Shown here piece by piece: positions 13,365 through 25,765 of a stretch of 64,000 nucleotides of DNA (positions are counted from its first letter, which is position 1; each line of letters starts with the position of its first letter). The notes beneath the pieces were generated by a model, which saw only the letters and a program-made list of their open reading frames with translations, made no database searches and was not told the origin of the DNA. The position numbers were made by a program, and so were the translations under genes. The stretch comes from Toensbergia leucococca (lineage: Eukaryota): contig JALDZS010000001.1 in the NCBI GenBank assembly GCA_022813965.1, positions 62,001 to 126,000 on the forward strand, written 5' to 3'.

Positions 13365-15218
13365 ATGGCTGACATTAAGCCCGTGCATGTCGATGTCGAT
13401 GACCCAAGAAACATTCAGCGTTTCCTTGAAACTGCGTTAGCCAAGACACGCACTTCTGTCGACACTGCTAAGTTATCCGACTCCTATTCCAAGACCAACA
13501 CCCCCATTTCCAATTTCGCCGTCCCACCCACTCCATCCACTCCATCACCATCCTTGCCACACTCACCATCCTCATCCTCTGCAAACGCTACACAACAGCA
13601 TTTGCTCGAGCACGAGTCTATTTTGGCAGCCTTGTCAGCACTCAGTAAGCCAGACAACATGCATCGTCACTTGCCTGCAGGTAACCCGCATTTGGCACCT
13701 TTGAGCGAGTCTCGCCACGCGCCAAAGCATCAAGCCAACCTTGGTAGAGGTAGAGGCAATTCTACATCCAACAGCTCAGAATGCGGCCATGACGAAGAGG
13801 CCCACAAAGACATGTGGCATCATTCCAAAGCGAAGTCTTCTGAGCTCAAGCCACATGACCAAACCTTGAGAGACGAGTCTTTCTCTCGCATGCTTAGAAC
13901 TATTAACCAGGCATCACCCAGCACCGGTGCTACAGACCTTAATGCATCACGTTGGGCCGTTCCTCAGCCTGTTCCTAAGTTAGGTGTCGGCGCCCTCGTA
14001 TCTTCGGCAGCATCGTCGAATCCTTTCGCCTCTCACACCGAGTCTGCCGTTGAGAAGCCAACGGCTTCTCTTCACAAAGAGAACGTTAAACCATGGAAGC
14101 CAGACGTTTTGCCAGCAGATCCTCAAGCAATGGAAGACATAAAACCATCAGCAGTGTCTCAAGAGAAAGACAACACAAGCTCATCGGCTGCGAATACTCC
14201 TTGGGTAGCTTCGAACACTCGCTGGGTACCACCTCATTTGCGAGCATCGAAGACGGCTACCAAGTCAGAGCTCGAGGATCCTACCACTCAGTTCTCCAGT
14301 GTCGTGCATCCAAGCAAGACTACTTCGATCGAGTTCGCCGCTGCCAGCAAGCCTGCAACCATCGCCACACCCTCTTCGGTGGATTTTGGCGTTGTTTCGC
14401 CAAGTACAGCGGCCACAAAGCGAGGTGTCGAGGAGGATCTGAATAAAGACCTGTACTTCGACAAGTGGGCAAAGCCGGAACAGAGAGATGGGCCTGGTAA
14501 GTGATAGCCTCGACCTTGTTCTTCTAGAAGTCACCTTCACGTCTAACCCACGATATCAGCTGCCAAGATACGCAAGGTGATCATCAAAAACCTTCATACG
14601 AATAGCAGCCCAGATTTCGTTACGTCGCTTATTTATGGCGGGCCACTCGAGCAAATTAGTATCGGCACTTCCATGGCCTCGGTGCTGTTCGTCAACGCAG
14701 ATGACTGTCTCAATTACTACAACTCCACGTCCAACGACATCGTGTACAAGACCTCGGTCTTTTTTGTGGAACTAGGTCAAGATGTTGATGTGATTGGTGG
14801 CCTGCTAAAAGGAATGTTGGAAGCTGGCGCTACTCGCTGCGTCCGCGCTATCGGTGTGGAGAAGGAGTGGACTATCGCAGCATTGTTGAAGGAGGCGGAG
14901 AGAAAGGGTCGTAAGGTCGAGAAGATTGTTGACACGAAGACTGTTGGCGGAGTGAGTTTTGTTCTTTTTTACTCTAACTCGGGAGAAGGAGCGACTGACT
15001 CGCAATGCAAGGACCGTATGATGACCGTTCGCTTCCTGTCGGTGCAGGATGCAGTGCAATTCAAGGCTACTCTGTCTAGATCAGAGGCTTGGGAACACTG
15101 CAATATCAACTTTGCTCAAGACCCGTAAGAACCCCGTTATTATATACTCTCTTCTATATTCTTCTGCTAACAACCTCCCAGCTGTGCGTTAGCAACCGAC
15201 ATCCACTTCGGCGACTAA
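13365..15218 (+). CDS. Hypothetical protein with disordered N-terminus and C-terminal tandem RRM-like domains (4 exons)
   Basis: Long ORF; C-terminal exons RKVIIKNL...IYGGPLE...ASVLF and GATRCVRAIG...VRFLSVQDA...NINFAQDPC resemble fungal divergent RRM proteins; GT-AG introns. Confidence 0.65.
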
Positions 15219-16562
15219 GAGCCCCAGCTCCTCAGTCCTACAGCTTGACGCGGTGGTGCTATACACAAGGATCCATGACAAGGTGGCTATTTTCTCAGCA
15301 TTTCCTTATCACAAATACCCCTCCGCCGAAAAGGCTGTTCTCGGGCTTCCAAAAGTTTACTCACACATTGAGTTTTGTCTTCATTTCGAGCGTTGTAAAA
15401 GCTAGCTCTCCACACACAAAAAGTTTTGTATCCCGTAGAGCTAGCTTTTAGATAATAAAAAAAACATGCGAGTCTTATTCGATACATGATATCCTGTATT
15501 GAGCTTGCTTTTGATTTTCCCCTGTCATGGTAATCGGGATTGCTGTAAGGTGATTCTACGCGTGCTTCGATCAACACTCGCCTCCACCCAGACTCATCAA
15601 CTGTAGATCTTCTGCAAACTACGACTGCCCTCTTTACTGTAAATGATTTGACTTGAATAAATCAGTTGAGTATATTATCATTTACATATCCTTCATGTCC
15701 TTACTATGAGCCCAAAACAAACCATCCACGCAAAGAAAAAAAACCCGAGAAACATCACTTTACCGCCCCAAAACAAAACCCCCAATCATAATAAAACACA
15801 AGTCACCTCAACCACCTCACTCGACGGAAAAAAAATAAAAAAAAAAATTGTCAACATGCGCATCTCCATCCGAACAAGTTTTTCTTCAAAAAAAAAAAAA
15901 AACATTTTCCTTGTCATTGAAGTCAAATTAATTCACCTCCAAGTAAATCAACCTGATTGTAAACACCTATGATTGATTTACTACCTGATACTTAAATCCA
16001 TCACAAGAAAATCCCCTTCTTTCAAACTTTGGGGGGTTTTTTTTTTTTTTGTTTGTTTGTTTTTTTCTTTGGGCAGGAGGGGGGCACGGGGTTGGGGGGA
16101 AGGGAAGGAGGAGGAAGGGAAGAGATTTGAGGTAAAGGGGATTTAGGAAAGAAAAAAAAAAGGAAAAAAAAATATGAATTGTATTTTTTTGAGGGGGGGT
16201 GGGGAGGGGATTCCGAAATTCAAGATCCATATGTAAATGATGATGCCCGATGCCCGATTTTTCTATTTCAGTCATCATACTTTGTCTGAATCGAACCCCT
16301 TTTGCACTTTTACAACCAAAGAGAGGAGTTGTGCTTACAATCACAATTACAATCACAAGAATTGATTTTAAAAAAATAAAAAAAAACAAAACTTTTTCAA
16401 TCATCTCCCAATTCCACGTAAAAAAGAGGATGCGATATCAGAAAAAACCCAACCTCCCTCGTCCTTTGGATGAAATTTTCTTGCAAAACCCTGGTATCAG
16501 TGGCAAAAGCGCCGTCACTTTTTCTTCTGTATTCAGGTGTACGCGGAAAGGCGATTGAGAGG

Positions 16563-16604
16563 CTAAAAAGCACAGGGTGACATATAGACAGCTTGCGTCG
16601 TCAT
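16563..16604 (-). CDS. Candidate 13-aa micropeptide MTTQAVYMSPCAF after a 5'UTR intron
   Basis: On the minus strand: GCTAAC branch (16640-16635), pyrimidine tract and CAG acceptor (16610-16608); ATG 3 nt downstream; TAG at 16565-16563. Confidence 0.3.
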   Translation of the reverse strand: MTTQAVYMSPCAF

Positions 16605-19600
16605 ATGCTGAGAGAGGAAAAGATGTGTGCTGGAGTTAGCGGTGGGTTCGGCTGAGAGGTTTAGTCCATGGGGCAGTTGGGATCAATGGAGGGCAAGGGT
16701 GGAGAAGAACCTAGTGGAGGTCTGCCGTTGTGGCGACACTGAGCGAGGCTATAATAGAGGCTGTATATGTTATAATTTTTCTCCACAGCAAACATTCGCT
16801 GGTTGGGTTGAGCCCTGGTGGGATTATCGACGGAACGAGATCAGTGGCTGTGTGATTTAGAACGTGTTTGTTGAGAGAACATGTCATCGACCATGGTACA
16901 TCAGTGTTGCGATGATCGACATTGGGTTGTTTTACAGGTCTTGCTGGCGTGACGAGCAGGTAGAAGGGGGCAGGGAACATGGAAGGTGTTTTCGATTACA
17001 CTTGGGCGCCAGCTCGGCGTGGAGTTGCGGCGAAGAGAAGCTACTAATGGATATTGACTTTGGACTTTGCTGCGCGTTAACGATGCAGCGTTTAAGCTTA
17101 GGGTCAACTTTTGTCACACAATGTACCTTCCTAGTATTTAGGCGGTAGAGGGGGAGGTCCGTGGGGCTGTTAAGAGTGGAAGGACCGATGGAAATGAGAA
17201 TGAGAATGATAAAGCTTTCCACTCAAGCGCCACGAACGTTCTGGTGGATTTGTGCTAGATTTTGCATCAGGCGGGTTTTTCGGATTTAATCCCGTTGGTC
17301 CGACAAGAGCATTGCAGGGGCGAGTCGCCCATCCTAAGCGCGAAATGGTTGGTGGGTAGAACTTCTCCACAAATGCGCACTCGATCTACGGCGTGGGTAC
17401 TGGAGATCTTCTAGGATACTTGCTAAGATGGCCGGTCAAACAACTCAGCCGCCGGTCCGTGGAAAGCAGTTCCCCAAGCCTGCCTTTCAGAGCCGCAGTC
17501 AACATCCGCAGAGCCCTACTCAAGCCCCCAAGGTGTACAAATGTGTTACACCGTCGACTTTAAACTTTAGCCCTGCAGACATAAAGCGGGGTGATGCCCC
17601 AGGTATCACTATAACTCCGTGGGATGACATATCGTCAAGTTTGACTGGCTGTTAGCTCATCCCAAGAAAAATGGCGCAGCAGATATCTTTGGCTTTGTGT
17701 TGTGTTTATGACTGCACCGACATAGGTGGTAGGTTCGGGCATGAATGAACCACATGACTGTACATACATGCAACTCAACTGACTTTCGTAGTCTTGCTCT
17801 GCTTCATGCGCAAGCCATTTGCTTATTCTCTGTTGTTCTTTGGGTCACTGTCACGGTTCTATCTTAGGTTAGCGTCCCCGGGCCCGGATCATCGATTGTT
17901 CCGGCCCCACACACTAGATATTCGCAATCCTAGCACGTAGAACGCCAGCGAGGAGACAACATAGCAAGGGGATCACCAAGTATCATTTTGAACCCTTACA
18001 GTCACTAGAAGTAAGAAACGACTGTCTCTTGGTGGCTGCATTGACCCCTGCAAACTTTGTGATAGAGTGATGCACTAGGTAGGCGAACAAGAATTAGCGA
18101 CGGCTAATCATGATTGTGGTCAAGATGATTGGTGCTTACCTCGTGTATTTGGGAGCTGGCGGGTAATAGTAACATGTGGTTGGTTCATGATCACTGCCCC
18201 ATCATCCCTGGAACATGATGTATGGGGGTACGTGCACCGTGTGAAGGCTTAAATAAACACCCTTAGTACGTCTACGCTCTCGGCCAAGGAGAGACCGAGA
18301 AGCAAGGTAGACTAGAGTACTGTGCGCATGACTTTAGTCGGAGCTTGCAAGTCCTTACAAGTCTCGATTATTCCAAGCATAATTCGCCGAGTCAGAAGGA
18401 TATGGCTTTCAGACAAAATCAAAACTTGAGAAGGCTTGCTCACGTGACTGCGCCAGCATGCATGTACTCCACAACTGCAGTTGCAGGGGCTGCACCATTG
18501 CACATATGTAGGTGCTGATAGAGTTTGGATCACAAGCAATGGACCAATCAGTAAATCAAAGTCTCAGGTGGCGCGCGGTTCGAAGACCGAGGCTGGAAAT
18601 CTCAAACGCAATAGCCTCTTATCATGCTCAGTTAATTTGCTGAGCGGTAGTTGTCCCCAGCCCCGGGGCGACTAGCGCGGATCGCAACAACGGTTCAATT
18701 GACTTTTCTGATAGCTATGGCGCAGTACATGACCGTGACAGGAAGGCGCCTGGTGAGCTTGGGTTGCAGTTATTGGCAGGCTAGTAATCCCTGCCCGCTG
18801 CACTCTCGAAGGATTTCGTGGCCTTATCAACACCCAATGTCCTAGGTTGCCGTATGGCCTAAGCAGTGACATTTATAGTTAACAGGAACGTTTCTATTAT
18901 GACTCATGATTGTTTCGGGCGTCAAATTTTCAAAGCCTAAAGGTCTTGGTTCCAATGTTTGAGGTTTGAGATGCTTTTGCGTCTGCACTTGGTGCCGGCT
19001 CGTCCCTAGGTAATCCCTAGGTAGCCCGTGCCATCGCACCGCCGTCGTCAAACCCCCTGCAAGCCGTTATGTATGAGCAATTTCTGCCCGATAACTAATA
19101 TTGCCTCGATTGGTAGGGTAGCCGCTTTTTGCTCAGAGAGCGCTCTCAAAACCCATGCATCGACCCAGGAAATCGGAACCATGTGCATCATGACTACCAA
19201 CCGACATTTCATTTTCTTCTTTGATAGGTCAGTATGGTCATGCGCTGCGCGCCAGAATTTGGGCAAGCATTCCCGGCACAGAAGTCCGATTCCGAGACCA
19301 AGCAGACCTTCATAGAGTCGCGTTTGGCCTGTTCTCTGCATACCAGAAAGCGATTCCGATGTATCAAGGTGGTGTGTTCGCAAGAAAAAATTTGCCGGGC
19401 CTCCCTGCTCAGGAATCTATCATGCGTGTCATTTACCTTTATCATTGGCTTGCAGCGCTCCATTCTGACAGCTCGACGCCTGCAACCCAGCGGCAGAATC
19501 CGGCATGGGCGGCGTTTGTTGAGGTGCGAAGCGCTGTGCACCGTTTCAGGCGCTGCAGCTATCTCAGGCCAATTCCCATCTGCAGTGCCTGTTGTGGTCA

Positions 19601-19667
19601 TAAAACGTGTAGACAACCCCCAGTACAGATTACTTACATCCTCATCACCATCAAGAGACAAAAGACA

Positions 19668-20227
19668 ATGACATCCAGTCCGAACATTAATCGCAGAGCG
19701 AACAGCACCGGCGCCGTCAGCGAAAGCCCGCCGAGAGATTCCCAACCTTGGTTAAGCTTGATTCTCAATCCCCCCGACCCTGAAAGTAAAACAATCCAGT
19801 ACGAAGCAGCCCATGTTCAAGATGACCGGACAGCCCGGTTCCGTAGCAGTAGCGGCGAAGATTCTGGCGATACGTCGTCAACCCGAGAGCGACGAGAATG
19901 CAGGCCGGCATATTCTCAGGAGGAGATCTTCTTCATTTGGTACCATAGGGAGGATCTCAAAATGGATTGGTTGGACGTTAAGGATGCCTATAATGATCAA
20001 TTCCCTTCGCGAAAACGCAAAGGGTTCCAGGGAATCCAATGGTTAGCCTCTTGTGCAGATGCACTCTTCTCTGTTGGGCCGAGAACTAAGAAGCATGTAG
20101 TAAATATTATCGGGATATCAAAGAAAGAGGACTCCCACAAGTCAGGCAAAGGCCCCGATCATCTTCTGCGACCAACGACTACACCATGCGAGCTACAACT
20201 GGCCTTACGTATCCATGGATGAGGTGA
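19668..20227 (+). CDS. Small fungal protein with Myb/HTH-like domain (2 exons)
   Basis: RPAYSQEEIFFIWYHREDLKMDWLDVKDAYNDQFP...QGIQC|KYYR after splicing about 20042-20100; ends TYPWMR*; start could lie further upstream. Confidence 0.6.
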
Positions 20228-20611
20228 AGAAGTGATCTTCCCACTTCCAGTCAGGGTGTGATATCATCTTAAAATATAACCCGTCAAGCAAGTGCTAACA
20301 CGAGTGTAGACACCTGATTACCCTCATCATTCGGGATACCTCTCGACCATGCTGTGGAACGGTGCTCTCATTGTGCTCTCCAGACATCCAATACACAATT
20401 GCGATCAGATAGCTACCTTCTTTTTTATCATCGCCGTCTTTAGGACTTATTGCAAGTTTGTATTGTACTTCAGATACCCACAATGGGAGGCTTTTTGAAA
20501 CAAATTTAGATCGTGCGACGTCTCCTTTCCAATCAGCTCTACTCTTGAAGGTTCCGTAGCATGCTCGTTAATTCGCTGTGTTGTCAAAGCGCATAGTGTG
20601 TACCGGCTAGC

Positions 20612-22169
20612 TCAAAATGCTTCATCACTACTGCTATCTTGATTATCTCCCTTGCTGATATTCCAAACATTACGTTGCCAAGGATGTCGCATTCCTTCAT
20701 CGTCAGCACCAGACAGATCCATGTCTTCATCGTATTCTTCATCATCGGAAGCACCTTTTCGGTACTTGTAAGCCCCTCTATCGTACTCATCATCAGAATC
20801 GACCTCATCTTCCGGATAATCATTCCCATGGAAATCCTCCGCTGTCAAGTGTTAGCAGCAGGCATCCCAGCAAAAGGGAAGCTTTCGTGACTGAGACATA
20901 CCATTTTCATCTTCTTCCTCGCTGTTCCAGTCTTTATCGCTCTCTGGTTCCTCACCGTATGCCTCCCAGAGTTCTTGATCCTCTTCCAGGATCATTAGAA
21001 CCCCAATTTTAGTAGATACAACAGCTTCTGTGAGATGCGCGTACGGTTCAAGCACTTCAGAAGTAGGCTTAGCTGCGTCTATATCATGGCGAACATATGT
21101 ATCATAGACATAATCCATCTCATCATCATCTTGACTTGAAGTTTTCATGATCTCTTCTGGCGTGGAGTCGGGTTGGTGCACCTGATCATTTTGGCTTTGG
21201 AGCAGGGGATGTTTTAGCTGGGGTTTGGGCTGTATATCGGATTTCCCAGGTCCTACACTTTTTCCTGTGGTCTCAATCTCTTGGATGGCGATTTCATGAA
21301 GCTGCCTTGCGAGTGGCATTGAATCTTGATCCCAGCGGAGCAATGGGTTTTTGACCATTTGTCTTGCTATCGTGTCGGGCGCAACTGATTTTTTAATCTC
21401 TTTGGACCAGTTTTCTAACCTCCATCTTCGCTCTTCCGTAGTAGCATTTGGTCGTTTTCTTTGTGATGGCTTGGGGCCATTCTTGATACTTAATTCGTTC
21501 TTCATGATTTCTTGACACCGTTCACTGCTCACGACTGAGGCAAGGTTGTGGAGATTGCTCGGTTGAAACATGTCTTTGGCCTTTTCTACAAATACAGCCA
21601 AATCACTGCGTCGACTCTTAAATTTTTGAATACCACCTGATAAAGTGGAATGTCTGAGGGACTTGCATGACGGGCTTTTGACTAGTCGAAAGCTTCGAGG
21701 CTTCACACTATGGCCTGCGCTATCTGGACATTTCTGGCTTCGTGGGTTGATTTTCCGCTGCGATGAGAGAGCTAGAGATTCCTCGTTGAGCATATAGTTT
21801 TGGAGATTGTTCGGACGAGTATGAGGCGGTACTACAGAAGCTCTTTCATTTGTAGATTCTTCGTCAGCTTCAGTCGCTCGTACTGTAGGGACTTGAGGCA
21901 TGGGATATCCAGTGATTGCAGGTTGCGTCTGCTGGTCAGGAATTTGAGATTGACGTGACAGAGCTGCAAGTTGACTTGGGTTCCCATCATCTTGTAACCG
22001 ACGGAATACACAATCCACATCTGTAAATTGACGTTTGCTCTGTTTAATGTCTAGAAATATCAGCCGATCAGTGAGAAACTAGGAGAAGCCACAGAGCCTT
22101 ACAGAGTAGATCTACGGGCTCGTTGTCGCGGAGTCTCTTGAGCTTAATATGCTCCGGAGGTCGCGACAT
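20612..22169 (-). CDS. IWR1: RNA polymerase II nuclear import factor Iwr1-like (3 exons)
   Basis: N-terminal MSRPPEHIKLKRLRDNEPVDLL; C-terminal DYVYDTYVR and EEEDEN|AEDFHGNDYPEDE, the Iwr1 signature. Confidence 0.8.
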
Positions 22170-22772
22170 CTTAAGGCTTTCAGGTAGAAAAATGTGTGCA
22201 AAAGCAAACGATGATGCTTGTTGATTAATGATTATGATGCTTTGAAATCAAACAAGAGCTCGGTAATTTAAGAGCGTACGAGCGAACCTCCCCGCCGGTA
22301 CGTAGGTAGTCACGTAGTCCATAACGCCTTTTTAAATACGGAGTAACCGAGGACCGATATTGTCTGCCTTAAGTTATCCCCAAGACGCTCGATGATTGAC
22401 CAGCATTGTCAAGTTCGTCAGAAAACATGCCTAAACCCTGAAGTCCGCTGTATTATACTTCGTATGATGATCACAGTGAGATGTTACATCTTGATTCCTT
22501 ACGAACAATGAAATATAGCTTATGGCCATCAAGACGCCCAAAGGCGACGTCAATTCAGGCTGGATAGTCAAAGACGACTTGAATGTACTTCTATCTTGCT
22601 TCTTTTCAATCGCCGATAAAGACAAAATTAACAGAGCTAGAGTGGGCTCCTCCTCTCAAAACAAAACTTCAGTACTGTAAACTGAATAACCATCAAGACG
22701 CACAAAACATGACATCAGCTTCAAACCTGGCCGCCCAATGGAAGACCCAAGAGATTATCGTGATGCAAACCC

Positions 22773-24999
22773 TCAACTGCCAGCACCATCGAATGATTTC
22801 CCGTAAGCTTCTCGATACCAGGCCCCATCTCCGAAAGACGGCACTGCATATGGCGACCTATCCAGCAGACCTGCCCTCATAGGCACAGGCACAGCATTTC
22901 TATCCTGCCCGTATGCCTGGCCATGTCCTTGCTGTACTCCGGAGAAGGCAGGATGCTCCCTTAAATCAGGTTCTGGCCCAAGAGTAGCGCCCATCTCGGT
23001 GAAGTAATCCCTCCTTGCTATCATGTCGTTCGTCACTCCACCCGCAGCGCTGCCACTTTCAGTATTAGAACGACGTGCACGACCACTGGTCCCGCTGTGG
23101 CGAACTCCAGCTGAGGAATTGCTGGTGCCATTTCGATGCTGCTGCTGTCGTTGGGATATAGCCGCTGCGTGCGGACCCTCGCTACCGCGACGTTCGACTC
23201 CACTACCTACAGTGTTTCCACTTTTCCGATGGCTAGATGCCTCAGATTCACGTCTTGTTTTCTCAGTTGGCAAAGCAAATTGACATTTGCATGCACCTTC
23301 CTCGAACTTCTTCTCTAGTGTCCCTAACTTTTCCTCAATAGTCTTCAACAACTGCATAGATCCCTCGTGTTGTCTACCGGTCTCTTTGCCTTCTTTCTTC
23401 AGAGTCCCAACATCTTTCTTCACGTTACCGAGCTCTGCTTTGAAGTTCTTCATCCATTGCTCTACAGTCTCCTCTAAATTTTCCATTCGTCTTATCATCT
23501 GATCTGCGATCTTATCATGCTTGTCTGTGACCAGTCTCGATAGACTACCGAAGCATGTGTCGATATGATGGTGCAACGCAAATTCTAATTGAGCCAATCC
23601 AGCCGGCATCGGACCTGTAGATGGTTGGAATTCTGGATGTGAACGAGGAGGTGGCGGGACAAAGTTGGTTTGAATTGTGCTCTGGTTGGTGAAAAGATGT
23701 GGGACAGTAGCTGATAGTGGTTTATTTGAATTAGAGTATGAGTTGCCTCGCAGATCCGTCTCCCAGGAAGTTGCAGAAGGCAGCGAGGGCACATATACAG
23801 AGGTGGGTGTGATCTCTGAATTACGGCCTTGGAACATAATCGGAACGGTAGCACTAGATGTAGATATATTGCGCCCTTGAGCGTCTGGATCTTGAGGGAA
23901 GTGTGGTCGGACAGGACTATTGAATGACGGAAGAGAAATTCCCTGTGTCATCTTTCAGCATGCTACCGAAATTTGTAGAAGCGGCATAGCTTACAACTTG
24001 TGGATTATTCTCCCAAACACCGCCGTAATCGCTGGGCGAATACGCCGTTCCTGGTGCTAAAGCCATGGAGCCTTCGGTATATGGGTTTACCAAAGTAGCG
24101 CTCCCAGGGTCGTTCAAAATATTTCCTAACTCTCCACGATGACTCGCGACTCTTTTTATGCCAGGTCCATCCATGATGGATATTTCACCTACCCTTCCAT
24201 AAGTTCCTGTCTTTTTGGGGCTTAGTCTTCCATGTCCCAAAATCAATCCCTGGAGACCGCCGTATACTTGCTCTTCGACCCTTACCTCATCCCTCGTCTG
24301 CTCTATCACCACAGGGGAGGCATGAGGAAGTGTGGGAGTGGGCAAATTGTTCTCCCTAAGATAACGACGGGTTGGTCTCTCAGGGACAGGAGTGGACTGA
24401 ATTTGTCGCATCGGACTTAGTGACCGCCCAATATCGTCTCCGGAACGCTCGCAGAAAGGATCAGGTGTATGCGTTGAGGGTGGAGCGGACTTTGGTGGCG
24501 TATATCGACCATTGTTGTGGACAGGGTACATGTTCATGACAGCAGATGGGTCGTGCGACGTGATCGAAAGAGAAAAAGGATTCTGCTCTGTGCCGACTTC
24601 TGGTTCTTGGATACTTTGTAAATTGGAGGCCTTTCCACGAAGTTGAGCGATACCTACAGGGTCTGTGGCAGCTCGATTCTTATAGCCTTGCGACATCTTT
24701 CCCTGAGGAACTATCGGGATAGCAGGATGAATATAAGCACGTTTTCCGGGCGTCTTTAGGACTTCAATGGATGCAGGTGATGTTGGCGTAGGCGGCATTG
24801 GCTTGTCCTCATACTTGCTGCGATTGGTAGCATTTGATTCCTCATACTTGCTGCGATTAGTAGCATTTGATCGACCGACCTGGTCGCCTTTACCGTGCTT
24901 GTCATGCTGGGTAGATTGTGCCCATGAATTGGGCCCTGGAGCCAGTAACTTTCGAGGAATGACATCTGGTAGCTTGACACGGGGTTGGTGGTCGGCCAT
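22773..24999 (-). CDS. Hypothetical disordered protein with central coiled coil (2 exons, intron about 23946-23994)
   Basis: Two long ORFs joined by a GTAAGC...CAG intron; conserved-looking LHHHIDTCFGSLSRLVTDKHDK segment. Confidence 0.7.
24806..24871. repeat. 33-bp in-frame tandem duplication (SNATNRSKYE x2)
   Basis: tcctcatacttgctgcgatt(g/a)gtagcatttgat repeated twice with one mismatch. Confidence 0.9.
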
Positions 25000-25765
25000 C
25001 GTTGGAGCTGAAAGTGTACAATTTGATATTCCAAGTTGGCTTTTAGTATCTTTGCATAGCCGCTCTGCCTTCTGTAAACGACGAGAACATCTGGATTGGT
25101 GAGAGTAAAGTTGTGTTGGTGATGTTGCGCTTCTTGGCTAATCACTAAACAAGTTCAAAACAACGACAATGATCCTTTCATGGCTCATAGAAACTTAGGG
25201 AATACTCCAGCACCGCCTTTTGCAAGCAATCTACACATGTATCAAAATAGGTCCTTTGAGCTTGTGTAAAGGTAAGCGAAACTGAACGGGAGAAGAGTGA
25301 TGCTAATACCGCCAACATTGATATTCTAACACCTTCGCAACCTCGACTGATGGGAACGCGACTTATGATATGGTAAGTTGACTCACTTTGCGCGATGACT
25401 TTCCAACGCCCCTAGCGACCGCCATACCTGTAATGCTTTGACAACATGGATTTAGGTCAGATGAGACAAAGAGGGATGAAACGGTGTTCCCGTTGCTCCG
25501 ATTTCACATAAGTGAGATATGTCACTTGCGAGGCTCATGGCAGTCTTAAGAGTCGAACGATGCCGCCAATCTTCATTCTAAGCTACCAAGTGTCTTCTGC
25601 AACGAGTCTGAAAAACTAAGGCTAGACCAGTTTTTGATCTGACGCAGAGAGGCACGCAAGCGTTCTAGCAGACAGTAGCATTTGTTCAGTCCCAAAATTG
25701 ATGCAGCGGTCAGTCTGGGTTTTCATCAAAACACAAGAGATATACAACGAACCACCAACAGTCAG

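Noticed and set aside
16236..16300. ATGATGA...CTGA box C/D snoRNA-like pattern
   Set aside because: No convincing terminal stem or recognisable rRNA guide; such motifs are expected by chance in AT-rich DNA
15706..16558. Lys/Phe-rich ORFs in the ORF track
   Set aside because: Translations of homopolymer runs with no protein-like composition
16563..16604. a-factor-like pheromone precursor
   Set aside because: Cys is third from the end (CAF), not a CaaX box; kept only as an unclassified micro-ORF
17400..19200. Several 60-110 aa ORFs in the long intergenic region
   Set aside because: No recognisable motifs, codon bias or consistent splice structure
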